DNA of 64,000 nucleotides from Neodothiora populina (Eukaryota): the NCBI RefSeq assembly GCF_041146345.1, contig NW_027191413.1, positions 2,356,001-2,420,000 on the forward strand. The letters run 5' to 3'. A program made the translations under genes and the position numbers. Positions within the stretch are counted from its first letter, which is position 1. The number at the start of each line of letters is the position of its first letter. The notes beneath the pieces are model-generated. The model made no database searches and was not told where the DNA came from. It saw only the letters and a list, made by a program, of their open reading frames with translations. Shown here one piece after another: positions 1 to 12,828 of this stretch.

Positions 1-30
1 ACATGAAAATGCTGATGTGAGAATACACAG

Positions 31-662
31 GCAAGCAGTGCTACCACTGCCAGGGTCTTGGTCACGTCCAGGCTGACTGCCCCACCCTTCGCCTGAACGG
101 AGGCGCATCGAACGGACGCTGCTACTCCTGCGGTATGGTCGGTCACCTTGCAGTAAGTCTTGTTCTACGACAGTCTCCGACGCCGAACAAAAGCTGATGA
201 CATGTTCTACAGCGTGCCTGTCCCAACCCCGCTGTTCCCGGCGTTGGTCGCGGTGCTGGCGGTCCTCCTCGCGGAGGCTTTGGTGGCTTCCGTGGCGGCT
301 TCGCTGGCGGTGCCCGTCCGGCCACTTGCTACAAGTGCGGTGGTCCCAACCACTTTGCTCGCGACTGCCAGGCCCAGGCCATGAAGTGCTACGCCTGCGG
401 CAAACTCGGTCACATCTCGCGCGACTGCACTGCCCCCAACGGTGGCCCATTGAACACGGCGGGCAAGACCTGCTACCGCTGCGGCGAGACCGGTCACATC
501 TCTCGCGAGTGCCCCCAGGCCGGGATCAACGGTGACGGTGCTACCGCTGCTGCTGCTGCTGCTGCTGCCGCCTCCGCCTCCGCCGCCGCCGCCGCCGCTC
601 CCGGCACTGGCCCTGTCCCTGTTGCTGTCGTGCCCATCGTCCCCGCGCCAGTTGTGGCATGA
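31..662 (+). CDS. GIS2: CCHC zinc-knuckle nucleic-acid-binding protein (CNBP/Gis2/Byr3 family), 5' end lies before the window
   Basis: Exons 31-152 and 213-662 (CAG acceptor ending at 30; intron 153-212 GTAAGT..CTGAT..CAG) give repeated C-x2-C-x4-H-x4-C knuckles (CYHCQGLGHVQADC, CYSCGMVGHLARAC, CYKCGGPNHFARDC, CYACGKLGHISRDC, CYRCGETGHISREC) and an RGG-rich linker. Confidence 0.93.
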
Positions 663-1175
663 AAGGGATATGTGTGCTTGGGTGACATTTCTAAGTTGGA
701 AAGCAGAACTGGCATGTTTGAAAGCCTCTAGCAAGCATATATGCATGAATTAATGCCCTTGAATAACTCATCGGACAGCTGCTCGGGCTGACGAGGCTAA
801 TTTTGATCACAAATCGTATCAACATGAAGAAACCTCAGGTTTCTGCTATGGCAGTATTTTCTCTATTAAATCTCTCGTCCTTTCTCGTGGGTTTTCGGTC
901 TGCCGTATAGATAGATGTAATTGCAAAATGGGTGGAACCGCTGAAGCGTGTTTGGATCCTCCGCTCCGCAAAGCTTATCGCCTTATCAGCAACTTTTCAT
1001 CTGCAAAGCAAAGTGGAAGTGATTGATTACACCAGCGTCAATTTCATTGTCGCAATCCAAGTTATTTTCTTCCTCAGCATCTCACAATTGCGAATATTGT
1101 ATCCTAATCCCCGTTGATATTCATTTCCGTCGACGACAGCCTAAGGATCGAAAATAACGAAAACAGCCAGCAAGC

Positions 1176-1202
1176 ATGGCGCCCGCAACAGCGTTGTCCA
1201 CA

Positions 1203-1243
<41 letters not shown>

Positions 1244-2277
1244 AAAACCAGCACGAAAAGACATCCCCTCGACAGTCCACGACTACACCGTCCTGCCTTT
1301 GATCCTGCCGCCGACCGCTTCTCTCCCGAAACCCACGACGCACTACCTGTACCTGCGGCCTCACGACCCCAAAGTGCCCACAGACTCGACGCCGCGCCAG
1401 GTCTTCCTCGTCAACGTCCCCGTCGACGCAACAGAGACGCACATCCGCTCGCTGTTCGCCGATGCCGCGCTCGGGGCCACGCGCATCGAGAGCGTCGAGT
1501 TCGAGGGCGCCAGACGCACAGGTGTAGGGCGCAAGGTCACTGCGCCTGTGGCTGGGCCTGGTAGCGGCGGCAGCAAGAAGAGAAAGAGAGGGGCGGATAA
1601 GGAGAGCGTCGACGCCGTTGTCGAGTTGCCTGATACGTGGGACAGAGAGGTCAGGGGCAGCGGCGCTACTGCTGTCGTCTGCTTCGTCGACGAAGCGAGT
1701 AGAGACGTTGCGCTCAAGGAGGCCAGGAAGAGAGCGGTGGCTTCGTCAAAGACAACGTCGCCCAAGAGCGCAGCTGCTGTGCTTTGGGGCAGTGGTGCAG
1801 TCGAGGACAAGGTGCCTGCTCTGGGCTCTGCTCGTATGTTTCCTTTCTTTCCTTTCCACTTTTGACATTTGCTATTCCGAAGCCTGAATACTCATCATTA
1901 CAGGCTACCTGACCCACCACACCCTCCGCTACCCGTCCGCCTCGACGCTACAATCCAACGTAGACGCATACATGACCCAGTTCGCCGCGCAAGAAGCCGC
2001 CCGTGTCCGCTCCCTGGCAGCTCAACGCTCCGTGCCCGACGAAGACGGCTTCATCACCGTGACGAGAGGAGGTCGCGCCGGCCCCGCCAGACAGGAAGAG
2101 GCGCAAGAAAAGGCCGAGAAGCAAAAGGAGAAGAGCATGGGCAAGGAAGACTTCTATCGCTTCCAGATGCGCGAGAAGAAGAAGGAGAGGGCGGGCGAGC
2201 TCATGAGGGGCTTCGAGGAGGACAGGAGGAGGGTGGATGAGATGAGGGGACGGAGGAACAAGTTCAGACCCAACTGA
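1176..2277 (+). CDS. RRP7: Ribosomal RNA-processing protein Rrp7
   Basis: Exons 1176-1833 and 1904-2277 (intron GTATGT..CAG). N-terminal HYLYLRPH...FLVNVPVDATE RRM-like region; C-terminal PDEDGFITVTRGGR...DFYRFQMREKKK...NKFRP Rrp7 signature. Confidence 0.92.
1200..1244 (+). repeat. (ACG/ACA)n microsatellite encoding a 15-residue poly-Thr tract in Rrp7
   Basis: Direct reading of the sequence and translation. Confidence 0.9.
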
Positions 2278-3929
2278 GTCTTTTTTCTTCTCTCTTCGTT
2301 TCATTATTGAAGCATTTTAGGCATTGGGTGGGAAAGAATGACATTTGATCTTTTCAGCGAAAAAGCAAGCGCAGAAGAATCATCGATTTCTAGACCGACT
2401 CCTGGCATTCATTTCCTCCCTCCAAGACAAAATTAATGCAACAAGAGAAGCCTTGCTATCCGACAGAGACGACAATACCGTTCCACTCAACCCCTACAAG
2501 GAGAACGACAAAAGAGCCCGCACTCTCTCCTCTCATCCTCGACAGAAAAGGTTGCAAATGTCAGATACTCGCGACAGCATCTCGCGACAGGACAAAGGCT
2601 TGTCCAGTGCAAGCCATGGCTCTTCCCATATCTATCCGCCCCCAACGAATATTCTCGTGGCGAAAGGGACGGAGTAAACTGTAAACCAATTGTTCTTATC
2701 CTGTATTTCTGGAGTGTCTCACCTACCTCAAGGATTACTCTGACTACTCTCGTCTCATAATCCCTGCTTCTTGCCACATGTTCTGCTGATGCTAGTGCTA
2801 CAGTATGTATGTACTACTCGAACACCCTTGACCCAGTAGCCATGCCGTGCCATGTCATGTTGTCACTTTCCACGTGTCTTGCTCATATGGTTGGGTAGGT
2901 GATTCAACCTCACCAAATCAATACACCAGACCGTAACGCGATTGGCCAGGAGCTCGTTCCGCCGGAACTCTCGATAGAAAGCGCAAGGTAATATAACAAG
3001 CGACAGCACCATGACCAATTCGGAGCAGCAATAGCAGCAGCAGTGATGCAAGCAATATAAAGGCAAGGGAACAAGACCAAAGACAAGGACAAGGTTCCGG
3101 TCGGCCTGAGATCTTTGGGAGAAGAACGAGAGGGGCCAAGGTAAGGTAATATAAAAGCAATCAATCAATCGAGCCCTCTTTTCTTTCTCTGCTCTTTGTT
3201 TCTCATCTGCCATGGTCCCGGACGCATGGGTGCATGGCATCGAGGTGCGTCGAATACGAGCGGTAGTCAGGATAAAACGGGGGACGAACGTGAATCACGG
3301 TACTGTCCCACTTGCGCTTACCCTGCCTTGTCCGGTTGTCTAATCTACTGTATGTGGATCGTATGTCGTATATGTACTGGTACGAAAGAAGATTGAGAGA
3401 ACAGAAGAGAGAGAAGGGAGTGATGCAGAGCAAGGTATCACTCTCTCGGTCTCTGCTTCGACCCCTCGCTTCCAGCTGGTTGGGTCACTGGACTGGAGGG
3501 GGCCCATGGTATCGGGTCTTTGAGAACTGATATCTACAGTAATAATAGGTCTGCCTGCCTGCCTGCCTGCCTGTCTGTCTGCCTTGCCTCAGAGAGGTTC
3601 TTATGGGAGGCCACAGTGGCAGGCAAGCAGGTACCTACCTTAGCCTCACACATACATCTGCGACTGTATGTAGGTCATGAGCACGTTTTCAAGAGTGTGG
3701 ACAAGCTTGCTTGCTTTGCTTGCTGACTACCCTGTCTCGCCTGTAGTAGTCGTACATGAAGCGTGCATCAATCAGGGGCCTTTTCTCTCTTTCTCGCTAA
3801 TTCCTCCCTGCCCCAGCCAGCTACTGTCCTCCGCACTTACTGCAACGCTGCACGCTGGCTCTGGCTCTTTCACTTTCCCCGAGGTCCAAAAAGGTCTTCC
3901 CCACACAAATGTCTGGTCCCCCCATTATA

Positions 3930-3956
3930 ATCATCATCATCATCATCATCATCATC
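3930..3956. repeat. (ATC)9 microsatellite, intergenic
   Basis: Direct reading. Confidence 0.9.
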
Positions 3957-4355
3957 GTAATCACTTTTCTATCATGTGTCTTCTTTCCGCACCCGAGTCA
4001 GCTGCGCGGAGTTATGGCGCGCCTGACACCCGGCATAAGCACCAAAAGACGTGCCTCGGCTTTCCCCAACTTTGCTCTCCACCTCTTGTCTAATGAGAGC
4101 TTTGTTTCTGATGATTCTATATACCAAGGCTATTACCTTTGACACTTTGTTGCCGACAACGGTCGCCCGGGACTCGTTGCATGTGATTAGGACTTGAGGT
4201 TATACTTTTTGGGAAATCTACTTTGCGTTCTTGTGTTCACTTTCCTGTCTGACCTCGTGACCTCGTCTCTTTTTCTTTAGGACTCATTTCCACTTTGTAG
4301 TAGACTTCTTCTGCTTTTGGGGGTGCCTTGAACCTGGCTTGTATAGAAACATAAG

Positions 4356-5851
4356 ATGGCGACTTTTGTCAGGAACCTAAGACCGCTGGCTTGCAGGAGC
4401 TCTGCTGTTGCCGCTGCTGCTTCTTCTTCTTCTTCTTCTTCTTCTTCTCCACAAGTTACGCGATCTATTCTGCGTGTGTTGCCAGCAATCCGACAAAGGT
4501 TCGTGCCATTACTATGTATATACAACGAAAACAAAAACTGACGGTATGGGACGCAACACAGCACAAGACCGCTCTCGTCATCTCAGTCGCGCAGACAGAC
4601 CACCACGGGCGAACCCTACGATCCCACAGATGTCATACCGACTCCGATAACCCACTTCTCCGAGACGGAAACCCTCATGGCCGAGCAAGTGTCGCGATTC
4701 GCCCAAGATGTCATCCTCCCTAAAGTGCGAGACATGGACGAGAAGGAAATGATGGACCCTAGCATCGTCGAGCAATGCTTCGAGCAAGGCCTTATGGGCA
4801 TCGAAGTCCCCGAGGAGTACGGCGGTGCCGGCATGAACTTCACTGCTGCCATTGTCGCCATTGAGGAACTGGCTCGCGTGGACCCTAGTGTCAGTGTCAT
4901 GGTCGATGTGCACAATACTCTTGTCAACACGACTGTTCTAAAGTATGGTACTGCTGAGAGTCAGAGGAAGTGGCTGCCTAAGCTGGCTACCAACACCGTC
5001 GGTACGTTCAAGATCTCCTTTCTGCTGTCATCAAACCTGTTGTTCTAATGTCGATAGGATCATTTTGTTTGTCCGAGCCTGTTTCCGGTTCAGATGCATT
5101 TGCTCTCAAGACCCGCGCCGAGAAGACCGCAGACGGCTACCGAATCAACGGAAGCAAGATGTGGATCACCAACTCCCTCGAGGCTGGCTTCTTCATCGTC
5201 TTTGCCAACCTCGACCCTTCAAAGGGCTACAAGGGCATCTCCGCCTTCATCGTAGACAAAGACACCAAAGGCTTCTCCATCTCGAAGAAAGAAAAAAAGC
5301 TCGGCATCAAGGCCTCGTCGACCTGCGTCGTCAACTTCGACGACGTCGACATCCCCAAGGGAAACCTACTGGGCGAAGAAGGCCAAGGCTACAAATACGC
5401 CATCGGCATCCTCAACGAAGGCCGTATCGGAATCGCCGCGCAAATGACCGGCCTCGCGCTCGGCGCCTGGGCGAACGCCGCCTCATACGTGTGGAACGAC
5501 CGCAAGCAATTCGGCCAGCTCGTCGGTGAGTTCCAGGGCATGCAGCACCAGCTGGCGCAAGCATACACGGAGATCTGCGCCGCTCGCGCCCTCGTGTACA
5601 ACGCGGCGCGCAAGAAGGAAGCAGGCGAGGACTTCGTCAAGGACGCCGCCATGGCCAAGCTGTTCTCCAGCCAGGTCGCCGGCAGGGTGTCTGGACAGGC
5701 GATTGAATGGATGGGCGGCATGGGCTTTGTCAGAGAAGGGCTTGCGGAGAAGTACTGGCGCGACAGCAAGATCGGAGCCATCTACGAGGGAACCAGTAAT
5801 ATCCAGTTGCAGACTATTGCTCGTCTGTTGCAGAAGGAGTACACGCATTAG
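4356..5851 (+). CDS. Mitochondrial short/branched-chain acyl-CoA dehydrogenase (ACADSB-like)
   Basis: Exons 4356-4498, 4562-5001, 5058-5851. Arg/Ser/Ala-rich presequence, then GLMGIEVPEEYGG, FCLSEPVSGSDA, GSKMWITN, NEGRIGIAAQ, RDSKIGAIYEGTSNIQ motifs. Confidence 0.95.
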
Positions 5852-8800
5852 ATGGAGCGAGTGTGGAACGAATTCGTACCAATGAGCCTTTTCTTCTCCC
5901 ACCCATGCTTCCATGCCAATTTCACACCTGAACCTCCATGGCCTTTCCTCTTCTATCTCCCCGTCTGTGATACACGGCATGTACTTCCTTCGCCCTTGAC
6001 CACCTGCCGTACTTACTATGTCTACCCCTGTCTCAGCCCAGTCTGGAAAGAGTAAGTGAATACCGTCTGATACAGTATAGAAGAGGAATAAGATTGCAGG
6101 TCAATAGTGGAACAGAGCAGAGCAGAGCCAGGGCCGAGCAAAGCTGTATCATCAAGGTACACTAAGGTAAATATACTGTACTGTTGTTTTAGTCAAAATC
6201 AAGCTTTTCGTATCTGTAGTGTGGATCGTTTGGTGGGGGGGGGGGCGTGATGCTTATGTTCGTATCTATCTGTATAGATTTGGATGTGGAAGTGATAGTG
6301 GAAGTGGGTTTAAGTGGTGAATTCCTGTGGGTGTGGGTTTAGGTGGTGAATGCTTGTGGATGATGATAATACAGTAAGGGTAAGGTAGGTAGGTATGTTG
6401 TATATAGGACTGCTGAACCAAGTGTCCAGCGGCTCTTGATAAAAGCCGCCCAGGGCTGTCTACCTTGCTGCAAGTACGACATAATCAGCAGGCAAATGCC
6501 ACATTCGCGCCGTGGCGTCGATGCTTGTGACAGTGTACCATAGGGCTCATCCTGCCGCGGTTGAAGTTGTTGAATTGTCTGTTTTTGTCGCGGTGGACAA
6601 TGTTCTATAGTTTCCGAATCAAGAAGCATTCAGTGCATGGGCAGGATTTAGCATATTTGACGTTTCTGCCTTGCGGCGCTGCCTTGTTAGTACAGCACCA
6701 GAGGTTCGGGCCAACAGACTACTTGTACTGTACTGTCTTTTGCTCGTCGAGTCGGTTGTTCGAGATCATACTACTACGACTTACACTGCATCTTTCCTAA
6801 TCCTACCCTCACTTGCTTCTACACGTCTACTTGGCATTCACGACAAGCCGAGGTCTGTTGTCTAGCATGTCCGCGATCTTGCGGCGATAGTCACAGACCC
6901 CCTAGCTGCGTATTTGGGGGAGATCAATCATCTAATCGATGCAGCACAGTATTAGTGACTCTGCAGCCGCCTGCTGCTGCTGCTGCTGCTGCACGGTGCC
7001 TTTGGCTCGCGACATGAACGACTGGGTAGGCACGTTTTCGACCTCAGCCCCGTCAACCACTAAAGCACATCCTGAGCCCCAAGAACAAATCTGGCAGCTG
7101 CACGTCCGGGGGTCCCATCTCGTCTGCCTGTCTCTCCATCTGTCTTGATTGGTGGTTTCGATGTTCTGTAATGCGGATCCTCGCACAGTAAGGACTTTCC
7201 CCGCATCTGAGAGAAACAGGGCAGCAGACCGATCGGGAAATTTATGATCAATCACATTTTTTTTTTCCTGTTCTTCTTCTATCACTCTGGCTTCCAACTA
7301 TTGTCGTCGATGGGAGGGTATTTCCGCGCTTGCGATCTGTGTCTCTCGAACGGCAGAGCAGTCTAAGTCGTGCCACGTAACGATGACTTTACGGCCTTCT
7401 GTCCGTTCAGCACTAAGCAGTTATGGGGTATCTTTATGCGATTTCCCATTTGCACGTCGATTCCGGGCAAGTAGTGACAACATTGCGATGAGCAAGAGAC
7501 CAGAAGAAAACGAGGATCGTCTACCCTGCCTTATCATCCGTTTTTGTCATGGGGAATAGTGCATTATGCAGCCCCACACGCGCAGTGTACTTGTACTATG
7601 ATAAAAAGAGATCAATAGCAGAGGCACTCTAACTGCCTTTTCTTGCTATAGTAGTGAAGCACGAGACAACCGTTGGAAAACCGGAACCCAGCCCTGATCA
7701 AAGCGAACAGCTTATCTTGAAACGCATGCGCTTTTGGGTCTTATGTTTCTTTGTTTTTGCTTCTTCGCTTGTCGTGTGCAGCATATCCAGATATCTGGTT
7801 GCCAGTCTTTGCAGATACCAGTAGTGGACTCATGCATTAGAGCGTTTCTTCATAGCCTGCAGGAGTTGATCCGGGTCGGTCGCCACGTGCAAGGGCAGTT
7901 GTTCGCCTGCATCGTGCCGGGGCGTCGTGGTGGTGGTTGGATGATTGACCCTTTCATCATCCAGGGAGTCTTTCGAAAGAGTAACTTATAGCGAACGAGT
8001 GATGATCCAGAGACAATAATTATCGATGCGGCAAGACAGAACGGTACATCGACCGTACATCTCTTGCGTCTTGTATGAGTATGAGGTACAGTAGTCATGT
8101 TCAATGATAATGATGCGTTATCCATGATTACCTTGTTCCGATCGGCGTCACTATATTAGTTTTAGGCTATTTCTTTATGCCCGTTGCACCAGATCAAAAA
8201 GTAGTTTGTACAGCCTAACTGTGCAGCTTCTCCATCCTCCAACGAGGGCTCGCGTAAGCGAAGTACCGCTGTACCACGGCTTCGAGACTTTGGAATCTGG
8301 TTGCTCACCGCCAGCGACGGCATGCGTTGCGCGCCCACATCAAGCCACTGCCATGGGACCGGATCACCAGGCGGTTGGAGCTGACTGTATGTACTGTATG
8401 TACTAGTTATAGGTTCTAGATGCTCAATATTCTATGTCAAGATTCACTTTTTTACGGCTTCATAGCTTTCCCATGGAGTAAGTGGCTTATATGCAAAGCA
8501 AAGACGCATGGACTTCCAAGAGACACGGAAAAACTCATGTCATGTCTAATTCTTGTCGTCGGTCGTCTATGTTTTTTTTTGCTTGCTTGTGCGCTTTTAA
8601 GGTTCGCACGGTTTTCTGTGGCCCATTTCCGCAGGTGCTATAGCACATACAGCACATGTTGGCGAACAGTCTTTCCCCATAGCAGAAAAAGGTGAGCTAG
8701 AATACACCATGCATGATTGGGACTCACGCTAGAGGCCCGCAGCCCGCGTGGCCGCCGCCGCAGAAAGCTCGGAAAAGGAAATGTCTCCAGATGACCCTCG

Positions 8801-9648
8801 GCATTGGCAAAGGGAACCACTCCTCAGAGAGCGCTACGGAGACGAACCGGTGGATGGGTGACCACTGGGTCCTGGGATGGTACTGTCACTTGTACGGTAC
8901 TGACTTTGTAGCCGTTTCTGTTGCTATAATTTACGATTATCGTGCGGGACCGTCCCCGTGTACGGTCACCCAAGTTACCTGCCCGACTCTCACCGCATGT
9001 CTGACCATGAATCATCTCGCTCTCGTCGATCAAAGTGGAGGCAAGGTGAACAGTAGTCTCGTCATTTCCATAGTGTGATTCCAAGTTAGGAGAAAGGGCT
9101 GGCAGGCAGCTGGGTCTCTTCCGTTATGTACTACACTTCGGGCTATGCAAAATTTACCCTGGACTATGGCGCGGATCCTTAGTCGAAACCAACAGATAGT
9201 CCGCTAAACACTCGATTCGACCCTAACGCGGTGGAACAACACAACCCCCCTCCCAGGGCACTGCACCTGCGGACCACTGCAGGGTGCTGATGAGACACAT
9301 GCGCCTACGCGTGAAAGATTCCGAATCGGAAGCTCGGAGATCACTTCATATCGTCGCAAGAGACGAGTTAGGGGTCCGCTGACGCTATCCCATGCGGTGG
9401 AATTATTCGAGGCCGAGCTGTATTCGAAAGATGGGAGCGAGGGGAAAAAGCCAGTCGCGACGGATGCATTCCCTATATCTCCTATCTTCCGAGTGAGACC
9501 CAGGCGCGCCTCACTCCGAGCCCAGGCGATTGGAAAGCCCGATTATTGCATTGCCGATACTCTGGAACTGCGGTACAAGTTTTCACGTCAACGAGAGCAT
9601 CCTGCTTTCGGAGATTGTCCCATTGGAAATCGAGAGCCGGCCGTGTCT

Positions 9649-9669
9649 GTGTGTGTGTGTGTGTGTGTG
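9649..9669. repeat. (GT)n microsatellite
   Basis: Direct reading. Confidence 0.85.
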
Positions 9670-10590
9670 CGAGTACGTGTGTGCAGCCTGGTGTTCGCGC
9701 GTCACACAAGGGTGCTACAAGCTGACTGAGCTGGGACAAGCAACACCATGCACGGCTGACATTGGTTAGAGTAGCATTGCCTGGTCGGCCCTCTCTCTCG
9801 TGTGGAAATTGATGGGGAGATAATGGGAAAAACACTGATACAGGGACAGTACAGGCATAGAAAAATGTGGACCAAAATGTCATCACTACGCCTAGGTGCT
9901 TCTTGACACGAACATCATTCGTTTTTAGATTCGAAGAGGACGGGATTCAATGCATTATACCGACAGAATGGAACCCGATGCCCGTAGCTCAAGTGCATGG
10001 TGGGTCATCTGCAAGCCAAGCCGGGCTGCCATGGCGTCGACACCAAGCACGACTTGAAACTCTGTTTACGTTTTGCTGTTTCCTGTGGGGTGGGATCGTG
10101 CCGTTGTCAAGGATTCGCCGTCCGGAGCATCTCGCCAAACAAGATGTTAACCAGCATGTTGTGTGAAGATTCGGCTAATGTACATAAGATGGACAAGCGA
10201 GTCCGCCGCTGGGACTGCTGCTGCTGCTACCAGCACTGCTCAAAAAAGTCACAACCTAGTCTGTATACCTCCTGTGTGTGTTTGCGCCTCTTGTATTATT
10301 GCTGTCGGATCCATGGTTTACCCATCTGCGCGTCTGCACAGATACACTATGTTCCTTGAAGAAACATTAGCCCGGGAGCCTGTCTGAGTCTTGTGCAGCT
10401 AACCGTCCCGCTAACCAGACCCTTGGGTCGCCTGGTTGATTGCTTGCGTTTAAAGCCCCACGGCGCCGCCTGACATTGCTGCTCTAACATCACATAAGGG
10501 CTGCTCGAATCTGTGTGTCCTTTCCACTGCAACTCCGTCCTATCCCACTTAGGCTTCCCGCATTGCACGGGAATCATGTACCGTTGATAT

Positions 10591-11993
10591 ATGATAATGT
10601 CTAAAATCGCGGTCGCATCTTTGGTCACTCCTTCTACTCCTTCGTCTTCACTGTGCGTAAAACCAACCTTCCGCAGCAAGTCTGACATCTTTCTTCGCAA
10701 ACGTGAATATCGAGAAGAGAGACGACCTGCTGTAGAAAACATGTCTGTCGCCACAAGTCACCTGACGCATCTCAATAGATCGCTATCCCTAAAAACGCCT
10801 GCACAAGAGCCAATGGCTCAGAGCGAATGGTTCGAGGAAAATGGTCGGTTGTATCATAATTGGCAGAAGGGTCTCTATATGTACCCGCTAGACGAGGTAA
10901 GGTGCTCGAGCGGGAAAGATTGGCGAGCGATGCAATGCTGACAGTGGAAATAGCAAGAACAAGAACGAATGGACATTTACCATAATCTCTTATACCGGAT
11001 AGCTGGCCTACCATTACATTCGCCTAGACTGACCCCCGCTATACCCAACAAGCCTAGAATCATGGACGTTGGTTGTGGCACAGGCCATTGGGCTGTGTCT
11101 ATAGCAGAGTACGACTTCAATGCTTATGTGTGCTAGTCGCTGTACTGACGAGTTGCCTATTAGCGACTACCCTCAAGCAGAGGTTTTGGGATTGGATCTG
11201 GCGAACATCCAACCCGCACAGTGAGTGTTTAGCGCTCACAACGCTCACAAAGTCCATTATGCTAAGCTCCAATAGAATACCAGCAAATGTACAGTTTCAA
11301 ATCCCCACAAACATCGAGGGCCATTGGACATTTGGGCAAGACTCATGGGATCTCATTCACATGTCTGCATTACTCGGAAGCGTTTCAAGTTGGCGCAACA
11401 TGTACGCCAAGGTGTTTTCGTACGCAAAGACTTAGCTCGGCATATTGCGTCTCTGGTCATCAGCTAACCCCAACAAGGCATCTCCGACCTGGTTATGGTT
11501 ACATCCAACACATCGAGATTGACTATCGACCGCGGTGTGACGACGGAACGATGAGTGCAGACGGGTGGCTTAGCCGTTGGTACAACTATCTCAGCCAAGC
11601 ATCCCAGCAAGCGAACAAGCCCATTGCATACCGAGAGAACACACGGGAATTGCTCCTACAGGCCGGGTTCGTTGACATTGCAGAGCGCGTGATACAAGCG
11701 CCGCTGTGTTCCTGGAACGACGATCCGATGCACTTCAACATTGCCAACTATCACCAAGTCTGTCTGGACTCCTGCTTCGGGCTAGAAGCGCTCAGTCTGG
11801 CATTGTTTTCGAGGCTCTGGCAGTGGGACATGGAATCGATAAAGGGTCTCATGGAAGCAGCACGCACGGAGATCCGCACCAAAGCGATACACGAGTACAA
11901 CAACATGTAAGTATGCACAGAGCTCTGGAGCATCGCGGGCCGAGCTGACATGCCAAAAGACACGTCTGGACCGCCAGAAGACCAGCATACTGA
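10591..11993 (+). CDS. laeA: LaeA-family SAM-dependent methyltransferase (velvet-complex regulator of secondary metabolism); start codon uncertain (10591, 10741 or 10813)
   Basis: Exons ..10896, 10954-11108, 11164-11220, 11276-11419, 11478-11906, 11960-11993. Motifs EENGRLYH..GLYMYPLDEQEQERMDIYH, MDVGCGTGHWA, GQDSWDLIH, EIDYRPRCDD, IHEYNNIHVWTARRP match LaeA as I recall it; true orthologue versus close paralog needs a tree. Confidence 0.85.
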
Positions 11994-12828
11994 AAGAGGA
12001 GAACCCGGCATTGATGGAGCTCTGGGCCCGTCAACGATTGGATTTCCTTGATATTTCAGATACCAGACCTATCATGACCCTCGGAGACTCGCATTGGACT
12101 TATCTCTGCTAGACGTCCGGAGCCAGGCTAGCCCTTAGCTTGTCCCACCCCATGGGGGCTGGAAGTCGAGTAGAACAGGACACAGTTCGTGGCCTGATGA
12201 CACCGGAAGGAGCATGCATACCGCGGATCGCTGGGGTCCGGCGAAGCGGGCGACGGAGGCTGCCCTCTGGATTTAGCATGGCGTTGTTTGCTTCTTTGAC
12301 GGGAACACGAAGGACATATATTATATCATGATGACGGAGTTTTTGCTTTTGAGCTCGCCCTAGCCGACGTCTGCGCCCGACCTGATGCCTGGAGAACCAC
12401 TAGACACTGAGGTTGTAACAGGGTGATGAGAGGGGCGGAGGTGGGAAATACGAGGGAGAACGTCGCATGCGCGAACAGAGCGGAGGATTGCATTCGGGAG
12501 TCGGATATCTCATGATCTCAGAAGGAGATGATTCGGACACACGAAAAGACACTGGTCTGTAGGGCCAATACGACGATATGCAGAAGAATCGTTCAACATT
12601 GATGCATTCAGGTTGGTGATTTGAATTTAGAATAGTCCAAATAGGCAGCTCCAATTTCACGTCGAGACGTGCAAGCTTCGCGCTTCCCCGACGCGTCTTC
12701 GGCGTGTCACCCTCTAATGTGCATTTGTGGATTTCAGGCATCTTTCGCCTCCCGCATGAATTCACGTACCATTACTGAAGAGTCTTGCCAAATACGCCGG
12801 TGTACTTCAAGACATAAAGCTGGATTAG

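Noticed and set aside
2863..3240. 125-aa minus-strand ORF with a Cys cluster
   Set aside because: The Cys run comes from a (GCA)n microsatellite; no family features.
9280..9340. Hammerhead-ribozyme-like CTGATGA...GAAA followed by a hairpin and CTC
   Set aside because: Stem II cannot close next to the core and stem I has no complementarity.
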